64,000 bases of DNA from Kudoa neothunni (taxonomy: Eukaryota > Animalia > Cnidaria): positions 8,457,487 to 8,521,486 of the forward strand of contig OZ199840.1 of assembly GCA_964304625.1 (NCBI GenBank). The letters run 5' to 3'. The notes beneath the pieces are model-generated. The model was not told the DNA's origin. It made no database searches and saw nothing but the letters and a program-made list of their open reading frames with translations. Both the position numbers and the translations under genes were made by a program. This document shows, piece after piece, positions 39,552 to 52,803 of this stretch. Positions within the stretch are counted from its first letter, which is position 1; each line of letters starts with the position of its first letter.

Positions 39552-40998
39552 TACAACTGTTATCTAAATGCATCAATCTATAGATACTCTCTTTCATCAT
39601 GCCCCATATTCACTTACATTTAGTTGTTTGTTACACAGAGGCCTCAGATCCACCATACCTACAACCACACATTACACACACACACACACACAAATGCATC
39701 ATCTGGATAATTACATGAACCTAATATCAATGATAGAATTATTAACCATAACTGTCTTGTCATTTTTCACCAACAACTCTTATGCGATTATTATTAGACA
39801 ATTAGACACGAGTTTTTAACTTCCACTAATATATCAATAATGTCTAATAACCATAACTAATCACGAGGAAATGATATTAGGGCAATTATGAGGCCAAACC
39901 CTATCAAAAGTAGCTTTATCTTTACTAATTCCTTTTCGAGCCTAACAACATTTAATACATATCTTATTAAGACAAAGCCGGGATCCACGCTTTCCCGATC
40001 GAAGGTGTGACTAGTGAATTGTTGAGACTGGGAAGGTTCGTGTCGGAATTTAAGCTAAGTTTTCAACGAAACAAAAAATCCGTTGGAATTAAGAGTAGCT
40101 AAAAAGGTTTCGAATTAAATTATTTTCATCAAAATATTTCTCAATCTAAATTAAAAAAAATAATTGTTTAAGATAATTATAAAGAACGATATGGTAGAAA
40201 AATAAATAATTACTTGATAAAGTATCCATGGATATTAATGATATTACATAAATTTTACTTTACTCTCAATCATTTTGCAAACGGAAAATCTTTATAAATA
40301 TTGTTTCATAGAATAAAATTCAACCGAGCAACTTCCTCCCACTCCTCCAATTCCCACTCTTTCGTTTGAGGTCATTATAGGATGTAGAAACTTCTTGAAA
40401 ATTACTGATTATAATAATTAAACAATCAATCTTTCAAAATATATATTATTTTGTAATATAAATTAAATTTCATGTTAAATGAAGTGAATTATTTGAATTA
40501 AGCGTAGAAACCTGTTTTTCATAAACATATTTTTCAATCCAATTAGAGAAACAAATATTTTAAATTATAAAATTATTTATGATATTTCAGAAGTTTCTAT
40601 TTCTCTAATCAATATGATAAAGTTCGGTTTTATGAGTGCGAGTAATGGTCAAACAATTTTAGAAGAAGAATATTAGTTTAATAAATGAGTAGGATTCGAT
40701 ATCGAACGTTAATATTTGATAGATTATTTTATTTAAATATTTTCAATTCATTATTTAATAATAGAAAAGTATGGATATAATAATTTTTAGACATCATAAA
40801 CTCGTGACTTGACAACCACAGCACCAAATTTAGCGCATAAAATAACAAGCGGGAAACTTGAAATGAAAATATTAATTTATATACTATTGAATATAATTAG
40901 CTTCTTTGAACAACTGATTTATTTTTAAATTACTCTAAACATTAAATGTCCGGTAACCCTTTCATTATCAAGAAGAAGGCACTACGAATGGCGGGATC

Positions 40999-41896
40999 TC
41001 AGAGTGTAGAGAACGAACGACCAATCACCCGATTGTTCAGTGGCATAAGCTCTCGGAAATTATCTACAAGTTTATTATTCTTAGAATGGTGATCAGAGTC
41101 TGTTTTTTTTAAATTTCTTAAAGCATCCATGAAAGCGAAAGAGGCGCAGATAGGATCTTTCATAACAATCCACTCGACATTTTCCGTGTAGGGTTTAGTG
41201 GTGAGACTCCCGTCATATGTGTAGTATCTTTGAGCATTTTTTGGGGGAATAAGTCCTTTTAAATCGATTAATAGACAATCAATTTTTCGATGAGGTATCG
41301 TAGACTTTTTTACTTGATCAAGTAACTTTTCAGTCATATAAAAATTATAATATGTATGTAAATAATTAGCTAAGTACATTTTTATCAAGAAACTTGTCGT
41401 TGTGAGTGCAATGGTTGCTCGCTCTAATAAACAAACCAATTACTACAAGTCCATTTTCTGCACTCATTGCCTCTTCAATAGTATAAGATGTGTTCCAATG
41501 AACCAGATGTAATTCGCCAGAGAATGATTTATTATCCAAACGGTGCTCAGATCCGATTTTATTATTAGAACCCCAATGAAGATGGAATTGGGTTAGTTGA
41601 AAAATACTTGACCTACTATCTGTTTTGAAATGCAAAAGAGGCACGACATTATTCGACATTTTTAGGTTCCATTTAATGGTTGATCCAATGTTTTCGCAAG
41701 AGAAATAGGCAGGACGGTATTCAATTTTTAGGTAATTATTTCCTTGGATACCAGTGTAGGTAGTGTTGGTGGTGTAAATCATAATAGGAGACTGCCTAGA
41801 ATTGCGGGTATGGAAACCCTTGTGGATGAGTTCGGTTTTCGGCTGTCTCGGTGAAAAACCATCTTTACCTTTTATGGTTGAGTTATAATTTTGCAC
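40999..41896 (-). CDS. alpha-carbonic anhydrase, paralog 2 (5' exon unresolved)
   Basis: RQSPI, QFHLHWG, GSEH, ELHLVHWN, YDGSLTTKP, DNFRELMPLNNR; intron 41326-41377 at the same position as in paralog 1. No in-frame ATG at the ORF start. Confidence 0.92.
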
Positions 41897-42619
41897 TTGA
41901 ATATCCTATACCTCAATTTTATATTTTCTCATATAATTAATACATAAAATTTAGTTAACAAACATTTATCACATCCGAGACTAATAAATCCGTTAAATTA
42001 TTGTATTCCTTTCCTAAATAAACAATCATGTCTCATTACTAACTTATGAAACATGGTTCTCTTACCAAAAAGCGAATATATCACAAATAAAAATAGATAT
42101 AGTATTCGAATCATTTTAAGCAGCTCTATCTATTTTCAAAAATCTTAAGTACATAAAAAGAATGAAATTTACCCTATGTTAATTGTTTTCAGTCAATTAT
42201 AATCTCCAATTATTCTGAACTAGCTTGTAAAAATGTCTACTTAAAGGTAAAACTCTCAGTTGACGTTGAACCAATTCGTATGCAATCTTTCGGATGTCGA
42301 AACATTCCTTGGTGACAAATAACGCTAAATTAGTACCCTAATGGGAAGATTTATTCCCAAGGAATTTATTCAAGATTAGCTTCCATAGGTGTGAAGGAGA
42401 GGTGGTCTAATATAAACTGTCTACGGGAAGGTTTACAAATTCATAGATAATTAACTACTATTTTGAGTCGTAAAAATTGCTTTCAACTGTTTCTATAAAT
42501 ACAACGAAAACGTCGACAATTTATTTGATTTATGGATTCATCATAAAAAATATCTAAATTTCACAAAAAATTGATATTTTTGATAAATGGCTGAAAGTGA
42601 TTTTTAACATTTTTATTAA

Positions 42620-43768
42620 CTCTCCATTGAATTTGGGGTGAATTTTTACCCAAACAAGAAGTTGTTGGTTCTATACGTGATTTTTTTCTCTTCACAAGAT
42701 AAGAATTTTTGCATATTCCTCCAAAATGGTGACTAATACATGATTTTAAAATATTATGACCTAAAATATAAAATCCGAGAAATTATAACAAGATTACTCT
42801 TGAATGAATTTTTGGGGGTAAACAATTACCACAGCTTTTTTTTACATTAATTGAAAGATAAAATAATAATTATTATATAACTTAAGTTTCATGTTTATTT
42901 GATGGATAAATTTGAAGTTATACGGTTATTACTTCTTCAAAGATCACGTGACTTTCCACTTAATTTCTTCGTCATGATAATAGGAATGGATTAGCCCATA
43001 GTAGTTAAAATGATTAGTCAAATTCTTTCAAAATTGATTACGAATATTTTAAACTCGATGTGTCGGAAGAATCTTACGAGATTGAAAATTGAGAATTGGG
43101 GCCAATCTACAATCAATAATGCCGACCTATGGTGTTGTTTTTCTATTTAATGGATTTATTATATGTAAATGCGTTTTTCATATACAAAAAAAACTTGGGA
43201 GAAAGTTTTTGAAAACAAGGCAAAATTGTTATATTTTTCCATTAATGGAAAGAAACATCCGTGCAGTCCAAAATCCTAAGAACTCGACCATATCTATTCT
43301 GTTACAACTCAGAACACCAAATAAAGGAACAATATTTTCAGGGCTTGAGTGTTTTTTTACTGCAAATTAATGAGAAACCCACCACTGCTTATTTCAGATG
43401 TATGAAACTGTTGCAAAAATTCATTTTGAGTGCTTGCGAATCTTATCCCCATTAAATGTTCTATTTTTTACGCATATAACAATTAAAATATTTATTAAAT
43501 CATATAAAATATGAAATCCACTCAAACATTAAACTTTAATCGAAAATTGTTATGGCGGATTCTAACGAATACAGTTTTCGTAGGATTATGAAGATTACTA
43601 CTAGGTATGTTAGTTGTTTTACAGCTGAATCTAGCCGCGGGAATTTGTCTATTTTTATTTTCTTATATCAAATATTTTTTATGGTTCGAATGGAGACATA
43701 AAAATCTGGGGTAATTTTTTACCCCAGAGTTCATCGGAGTGCAGTCGATTTTTAGGTACATTAGAGGG
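42620..43768 (+). mobile_element. non-autonomous piggyBac derivative
   Basis: TTAA at 42616-42619 and 43769-43772; subterminal palindromes ggggtgaatttttaccc and ggggtaattttttacccc; right end matches 37463-37530. Confidence 0.75.
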
Positions 43769-43882
43769 TTAAAGTAAAGGTTAATTAATGTTATTGTTTA
43801 TCAATTTAATTGAAATATTTTCATAAATAGTATAGTACATTTGTGTAAAATCTTATTGTTTCTATGAATTTATACACACAAC

Positions 43883-45011
43883 CAACGTTGCCAACCCAAA
43901 TCGGACATTCGGCCAAATTTTTTTCGAACAAATCAGAATTTTTCATAGGAATCAAATTAATATTTAATTGTATGTAAATTTGTAATTAACTCAGAAACTT
44001 CAAAGTTTTGATACCATTTGTTTATGTGTAAAAATGTCATCATTCGAATAAGATCATCTAATGTAAAGCACAACATTCTGTTTCTTCTGATGGTTTTGAT
44101 AGTTTCAGAAAAAGAAAATATTCTTTTCAAAAAATAGTTGATTAAAGTTAGTTAAAATAAAGATATGCTGTATTTTTCAATGGAAGGAAAAACTATTTTT
44201 CCGACAAACAACGCTCAAAAAGTCGATTATTGATATTTTTATCAATAAAACATTTTTTTGAGCCTGTTTAGTTCCTTTAGTTCCTCTAATTTCAATTAAT
44301 TGTATTACTGCCCTTCGTTCGATTTTTTAATAAAACAACAATTATACCTAGATGAGGTTTTATTTCGTATATACGATAATTCACCCTACTACAATTAAGA
44401 AAAGTTGATCAGGTAGATAGTATTTAGTTAAATTTTAATTTATTTAAGCATTAACTAAAATTATACTTTTTTCAAGATTGATAACAAACTTTTGTAATGA
44501 TAGCTTAGTATTGGATATCACCATCATCAGAGTCTGTTTTTCAATTCAAGCATTCAGAATTCCAACATTATAACATTCTTCGCAATCATTCCGAAATGGT
44601 TTATGGTCCTAGAAACTGTATCTTATCGCTAAAAGGGGGTGAAAAAATGATCCAAAAATTTTGGTCTTAATTGGAGCATAACATTTGAAGTGTGTTCAAT
44701 TCATAAATGATTGACATATTCTTTTTAATCACAATTTTTGTATTAAGTGAACTTTAAGAATTGATTACTAAAATGTACGATTGTAACTTGTCTTTGCTGA
44801 ATTTCTACTGTAGATATTTTAATTGGAAATATTGCATGTGTTCCAACTATAAGATTATCTATTTGAAGATTTTTCGTGACTAAATAAATAATGATTACTT
44901 TCTATTTTGTTGAATTGGCAATAATTTCTCACTTTTGATACACTGCCTTACGATTGTTCAATTTTTCGAAAAAACAAGAATGAAAAAATCGGGATGCGGT
45001 TGGTAACGCTG
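43883..45011. mobile_element. non-autonomous hAT-like element with 8-bp TSD
   Basis: TIRs caacgttgccaacc / ggttggtaacgctg; flanking cacacaac and caaacaac (7/8). Confidence 0.7.
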
Positions 45012-46175
45012 CAAACAACTTTTTTGAGGAAATAAGCTTTAAAAAGCAGAATTTTCCTTAAGTTATCTTTAAAATTTAAAATGATCATAATAAACTATTT
45101 ATTTAACCACTTTACAAAAAGAATATTCCCAAATTAGTAACTAAATATCTATTTTTGTATTAATTAAAATATATTTAAACATTAATTTATTATTACAAAC
45201 CGAAAAACAAGTGATTAAATTGGAAATTTTAAATAATATATTAAGATAATTCAACCGACATATTTTTTGGTGCGCGTAACTTAATAAAATATACTTTATC
45301 GCCCATCTGGCTCTCATTATTTGTTTGAAAAAATGTATAAACTAAAAATAAATATTTCCTAACTAATTAGTTATTTTGCGCAGCTATTTTTTAATTATAA
45401 ATGGATTTATGATATCGATGAAACTAAACAGCAATAATGTAACGCATGCGTTATAAAGTAAATAAATGTGTTTAATACATAATTAGCATCATCTTCATAA
45501 TTTCTAAAACATGTTAAAAAATATAAAACGAAAAAATAATCTTTAAATATAAAATAGAGATTTTGTATAAAATATTTCCAATAAATGTACATAAACTAGA
45601 TAAAAATATAAATATAAGTTGGATTAGTTACTTTTTTAACTTAGCAAACAATAACATAAGTATGTCAGTAGTGAAAATCAACAATAAATTATCACCTGAC
45701 CGGAATTCAATGAAAAATATTATTCAAACACATTTTATCTTAGTTTTAGAAATAATAGAATTTTACTATTAAAAAAAATACAGAATCACTATAGCCTTAT
45801 TATAATTATTTAAATAGGCGTAAGTTTTATCAACAAATAATATTATTTATTTTTTGGAATCAATAATATATACAAATTGAATGTGATACTTGAAAGTGCA
45901 TTTTATATGTTGGATAGGAACGTAAATAGGAACGTAAAGTTAAATAAATATACAATTGTTAAGGACAATACTAAATTACATATAATTTAGTAACCGAGAA
46001 TATTTTTCTCTTGGAATGTGAAAAATGGTCATCTCAAGCTCAAGTGAAAGTTATATGCGAATAAGGCTAAAAGTGAGGACTTTGTATATTGCATAAAAAT
46101 TAAACTGAAAAAATAACAATAATTCTTTCAACATCAAAATTAATTAATCGATCAATCAATTAATATGATAAAAAT

Positions 46176-47110
46176 TCAATTCAGCATATTGTAGAATGAA
46201 CGATAAATGATCCTCTCATTGAGAGGCATAATATTTCGAAAGTTGTGAGTGAGTGGCGAATTTTTTTTCTCATGCTCACTGTCTGATTTGATTGAACGTA
46301 GAGCATCCATAAATTTGAAAGAAGCACAAATTGGATCTTTCATTACGATCCATTTAACATTTTCAGTGTAGGGTGAAGTGGTAAGACTGCCATCGTACGT
46401 GTAATAGTCGCTGTTGTTATGGGGAAGTATCGCCTGTATGTTGATAACATCGGTCTCAAATTTTTTGTGTGGCGTGTCAACTTTGTTTACGTATGATAAT
46501 AACTACAACAATCAAAACATCAACACAATATCTATCATTACAATGATAAGCAATGTTAAGAAAAAATCACCTGAGTATCGAGGAAATTGTCATCACCGGG
46601 AGGGTTTTTCGTTGCTCTCACAAAAATTCCCAAAACCACTAATCCATCTTTTTCTTTCATAGCAACTTCAGGACTAAGGTAAAGCGACGAATTCCAATGC
46701 ACTAGATGGATTTCACCGGAAAACGACTCGTCATTGAGAAAATGTTCCGATCCCACTTCATTATTATATCCCCAATGGAAGTGAAATTGGGCCAATTTAT
46801 ATTCGTGAAGGTTGGCTGATGCTCCGCCCAATTTAATACTTGGTATCTTGTCTTTGGTTTGTGAACGGAGATATTCAAAAATTACGGTGTGCCCGTTGTT
46901 CTGATATTGAAAAAACGAGGGTTGGTAACGGACGGTGATAGGATTCATTCTCAAGCTGGAATCAAACACAGATTTGAATGGAGTTATCATAATTGGGGAC
47001 TGCTTGGAAAGGGAACCATTTGAGTTGTCATCCAATCCATCGATTAGTGCCAACCTTTTCGATTTATCACAACAAGGGGATGAACAATAAGGGTGATCTG
47101 TGCTGGTCAT
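46176..47110 (-). CDS. alpha-carbonic anhydrase, paralog 3
   Basis: KQSPI, NNGHTV, QFHFHWG, GSEH, EIHLVHWN; intron 46503-46570; then YDGSLTTSP ... HNFRNIMPLNERIIYRSFYNMLN*. Confidence 0.94.
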
Positions 47111-48192
47111 ATTTGAGCAACTCTAAATATATCTCTAAATAGTAGTCCAAATGGCGACAATGTTTTTAATTAAACTTAAGTAATTTTAAATTAAATGCTC
47201 TATATTTACTCGTTTCAAAAAACAGCTTCCATTAGTCGAGACACTTAACCGTTTTAATTTTGGATATAATTGGGAGCACCTTATACGAGAATTAAATTGG
47301 GTGTTATATTTTAAAACGAAGCCCATATTTAAACTCCCTCGAAGCGTCATGCCGATTTAATGTAGTCGGCTATTTTCATTTTTCGATTATTAAAATCAAC
47401 TATTGTTTCTCCAATTAATTTTCACCTAATTACTGATTTTTAGTAAAAACTTTATAAATTTCTTCAAAGTTATCACTTAGAAAGAAATGTGCCATTCATG
47501 GAAACCAATTACAATTAGAATTAATTCATTAATTAAACAAACAAATCATTATTCCCGGTGATATATCATTGATAAAGAACAAATGTAAATGATGAGAAAA
47601 ATAATTACTTTGACACCTTCAATAACTTCCACAAGCTGAATCGTATTTCACTCAACAAAATTCAGGTTTTAGATATGTGATCAAACAGCAGATTATATAC
47701 AACAAACTAAATTGTACGGGGTGGCTTTATCGAATAAAGCTTCTTAGGCGAACGTGTGAATATATATATTATAGTTTTAGCATGAAATATTGACATTATA
47801 TTTCTTAAGCATTTAAGTTAAATAATTATAGGAAGAAAATACTGGACGTATATATTTTAAAAATGGGTTAAAAATCGCAGTTTCATATTTTCCCTGTTAG
47901 TTATCAATCGCATTATTTGAAGATTAATATTAATCTCAATCGGTTAATACTTCTTACTAAATCCGATATTGTTTGAATATCATTTATTCAAGAAAAGTGT
48001 GATTATTCTAGCTAAGGTTTTATAAAATATTTATTTTATATAACATTAATTAAATTACCAATCAAATTATACAGATACATAAGATTATCAAGCATTACAT
48101 AAAAATCAGCTAATCCTTCGGACTTTTTTCGGATTTAAAAAACTTATGAAAATAAGCTCCTCCACTACCTTAAGATTATGTAATAATTTAAA

Positions 48193-51100
48193 GGCACTGA
48201 CTATTCTTACGAGACCGTATAATCCCCTCTCGGGACTGGCTATTCTTACGACAATGAATATCTTTTTTCTTACTGAAGATACTTTAAATCGAAATTTAGA
48301 AACATTCTATTACATTTTTTTCCTACAAAAATGTAAGTTTTTATAAATTATTATTGCGATAAAACCAATACATATATTTTGGCCTTATTTCGCCATTATA
48401 AGTACTAAAAATGATTAAAATCAGATCTTCATTAACATTTACAACATTTTAAAGCATTTTTTAATCGAAAAATCATGAAAATTGTGCTAATGTAACTTCA
48501 TTCGATTATTGCGTCACGAACTACATCATATTTTAATTACATTTAGATCCGAAATGCAATTTTAAAAGCTTATTTTTAAAATTAATAATCTAATCTGTTC
48601 TATTTGTTTATAACATACTTCATTTATCTTGGTGAGTATAGCGACATAGTAACTACCTATTATTTCGTTCAAAATGATATATATTTTTCAGGTTAAGTAT
48701 CTGGAAAGATATTGAGGTTAATTGTATTTCATAATAATTACATTAAATAAATTTTAATAATATTATTGTCTTAAAAATTAGATAAAATGATTATTTCCTA
48801 CACCAAATAATTATACGGCATAATTTTAACAAAAAGATAAAACCTGCTAATATTAATTATCTTAAAAAATATAATATTTACTAGTAATTCATTACATATA
48901 TTAACAATTTGTTTCCGAGTCTGTTAATATCCCCAAACATGTTAAAGTAAAAACGTTATGTTGCGCAGTATTATGGAAATCATGGATTGTGAACAGTCTG
49001 CTGACTTCTTTATTGGAATGAAATTTGATTCGTACGAAAAGTTACAAATTAAAGTGAAAGAATACGAAGAAAAACATTTTTGCAATTTAAAAATTAGACA
49101 TTCGAGAAAAATTTCAAATGCACAACGAAGAGTAAACAGATCCATAAATTCCCAGTTGGTTTATTATGACATTAATTACGTGTGTTTCTTTGGTGTTCCT
49201 TACAAACGCAAAAGCAGTGAGATAGAAACAAATTATCATTTAAGAAGGAATGCCCATTTATTATCTCGCTCCGGAGCACTGTGGACGGTAACTTTTTCGA
49301 GGTGAAATCGCTAAATTTAATCCATAACCATTCCTGCGATCAAAGAATATTCGAAAACCTTCCTCCACAAAGAAAAATTAACCTTGATGATCCAATATAT
49401 CGGAGTTAATATCATTAGGAGCAAATAGAAGGTTAATTCAATGTGAGTTAAGCGGAGAAACCGAAAGAAAATTACATTAAAATCTATCCATAATGTAAAG
49501 ACTGTTTCTACCTTCGAACCGAAAATATTGACTCCGTTATTACAATATTGAAAAATGATTATAATTGCAGAGTTAAAATTCTTGCTAGTGAAAATTCTGT
49601 CAATGGAATTTTCTTCGTGGATAACGAAATGCTTCATGTTCTTGAATGTTTTTCTGAGCTATTATTCATAGATGCCACTTATAAGCTGTTGGATTCAAGG
49701 TACGAAAACCCTATTTTATAACAAATGACGATTGTATTTATAGAGCTCCTCTTTATTTAACTGCATCTCAAGACTCTTTTGGTTTAACCCCATATCACTA
49801 GTGCCTGTATTTTATATGAGGAGACAGCAGAAGCCATAACATGGTTTCTGAACGAATTGTTAGATGCTGCACCATGGTTGCGATCCGAAACGATGTCAAT
49901 AATAACTCACAAAGACCATTTGTTACGAAAATGTTTAAGTTTCGTATTTCCTTCCACAAAGTTGATACTATGTAAATTCCATGTATTACAAGCGTTCAAG
50001 CGGGAAATAAAAGTGGGAAAGTATGGTATAACAACCGAAACAAAAACACTTATTCTTCAAATATTAGAAAAAATGACTCATGTCAAGAACAAGGAAAAAT
50101 CTTGACCGCTTAGCTTATGTTGTGAACTTTTTGACCTCGGAGTTGAGGAACTTAATGATTATTTCAAAAAGAATTGGCTATCCATTTACCAGGAATGGAT
50201 AATTGGATTAAGTATGGCTGAGCATTACTATAATAATACAACGGATAACAGAATTGAATCCATTAATGCAAAACTAAAAACTGTAGTGAAAAAGTTTTCA
50301 ACTTTGAGTGATTTTTTCGACAATTTCTTCCGATTTTTGAAATCGCAAAGGATTGAGCGGCAAAGCAACATTGCTATGGAACTAATAAAACCATACGATT
50401 TTTCCAACGATAATGAGACTTTCATAAAATATCATAATTATCTCACGCCCTATTCTTCAAGTATAATCCAGGAAGAATCATCAAAAATAAAGGACGCCAC
50501 TTTAGAAGAAAATTCCAGTTACAATTCCTGTAATTGTTCAATGCATAAAGCATTCAAGCTTCCTTGTCGTCATATTCTACAAAAACGTGCACTCAACTTA
50601 ATCAACTTGTTTGATGAATCATTGTGCCATTCTCGTTGGATTAGGGAGCATGCGAATAATTTCTTAAATGTTATAATTTTAAAGATTTTCATGATGAGGG
50701 AGTTGTAAAAATCAAACCTAAAGACACTATCCAAACCCCTTCTCAAAGATTAAGACTGTCTTCAGTGCTTACAAAAAAGTTGGCGACTACATCTGCAGAG
50801 TTTTGCGGAGATTATTTTCAAACTTCCATTGAAATTTTTAGAAGACTTGAATGTGTGATTAAAAATCATGATACGAAAATGATGTCTACTATAAATGAAC
50901 TAAGTTATTTACTATTTGTTGCAAATGTGTGGAGTATATTAGTGAAAATAAATTTGAGAGAAGATAACGCTTTCACTGAAATCATATCCACAAATCCTGA
51001 GAGTGAATTGTCTTACACAAGTATTTAGTAAATGAAAATATTTTATTAATATAATTTAAAACTAAGATGATGAATATAAGGAAGAAAAATACGGTAAACT

Positions 51101-51873
51101 AACCATAGTACTAACTGATGGTAATGTATTTAGCTGAAAGCTTTGCTAGTAAAAGAATGAATCAGGAAAAAACTAATGATACATATAAAAGTAATTAATT
51201 TTGTATTAATTATAAAAAATTTCTAGATATACCCATTCCTTCCAAAGTCAAGTCTGTCGGAAGGCCCAGGGGTAGCAGATTAACTACTATTGGACTTCCG
51301 AAGAAAATACAAAAATAAAATTTCAATTGATAATTGATAATAAAAGTTAATTAATTATAACATTTCCCAAATATTGATTGCTAATTATGTATTTCGATTT
51401 ATATTTTAATGTTAAATAACTTAATTATGAAGTGATGACAAATGATTTTTTGAGTTCGGTCTATTTGGCTTAAAAAAATTTCTAAAGTTGATTAATATTC
51501 GTTGTATTTTTATGTAAATATCTCATAAAATGGACACCGTTTCAAACACTTAATCCGTACCAGACCGTATCATTGACACGTGGACTAATGGTCTCCTTTG
51601 CAAATGAAGTTACATTAGCACAATTTTCATGATTATTCGATTCAAAAATGCTTTAAAATGTCGTAAATGTTAATGAAGATCTAGTTTTAATCATTTTTAG
51701 TACTTGTAATGGCGAAATAAGGGCAAAATATATGTATTAGTTTTATTGCAATAATAATTTATGCAAACTTAAATTTTTGCAAGAAAAAAATGTAATAACA
51801 TGTTTCTAAATTTCGATTTAAAATATCTTTAGTAAGAAAAAAGATATTCGTTGTCGTAAGAATTGCCACTTCC
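48193..51873 (+). mobile_element. Mutator-like (MULE) transposon with long TIRs and a decayed SWIM-finger transposase
   Basis: Perfect 9-bp TSD TAATTTAAA (48184-48192, 51874-51882); about 270-bp imperfect TIRs (48232-48502, 51603-51873). Transposase relics: FDSYEKLQ (FAR1-like N-terminus), LLFIDATYKL, LCKFHVLQAF (CxxH), TDNRIESIN, SWIM CNC..LPCRH, AT-hook GRPRG. Confidence 0.95.
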
Positions 51874-52803
51874 TAATTTAAACTTAAAATTCGTTCAAAT
51901 TGTAGCTTGTATAACAAACTTTAAATTATTTATCATTTGGACATTTGCGGAAGACATTTATTGTTTGAAAATCGAGGTTTTCCGCCGCACACTACATAAA
52001 TTTTTATAAATATTTATCTGTTGATATAATATAATGGTTATTCTATAAAATTACAGAGAAAAAGACACAGAATAACGATTAACCTTAGAATCTTTATCGT
52101 ATTATATTTTAAGTAATTTTTATGAAAGGGTTAGATTCAGAATTTTATAGAACAATTTATTAATAAGTTTATTTGCTAATAATTCATATATAAATCCATA
52201 AAATTATCAATAAAACAGTAAAAAATGTAGTAATGAATCTGTTTATCGCCTCCACGTTAAAATCCGTATTAAAGTGAATCATTATGAAATAATATATCGT
52301 TTTAAGTGATTCATTTTATCACAGGAAGATGTAAAAAGGGGATTTTAATTCACAAATAAAAATATGATTCTATTTAAATATAATTTTTTGAGTTATATTT
52401 TTAACTGGTAATCTCTACAGAATTATTTTCAGTTCATACTGAACTTGAATATTGTTGAAAGAGTGCATTATACGAGTTATTCATGAAGATAATTTTTCGA
52501 TTATAACCGGAAAAATAAACTCTAAGTATTTCTCATCCTTCACAATATTAAGTTATTTAATCTGGGAGTGCACGTAATTGCTTAGATCGAAATAGCAATC
52601 CTGATTTAATCAAATAGGGGTTGAGTCAAATTACGCTGAAATGTGATTTTAAGTAAGCAACGACGTCAAATTAATGATTTAATGGCCGAGGTTTATTTTC
52701 GATTAGCAGTGCACAAACTTTTTGAGACACGAGGTCAAGTTATGATGTTTGATAATTGCTAGGGTTTAGAAACGTTAAAATTACTGTTATAGTTCAATTT
52801 TAA

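Noticed and set aside
39975-40016. Weak hairpin plus CTAGT resembling a Helitron 3' end
   Set aside because: Only a 5-bp stem and no homologous copy in the window.
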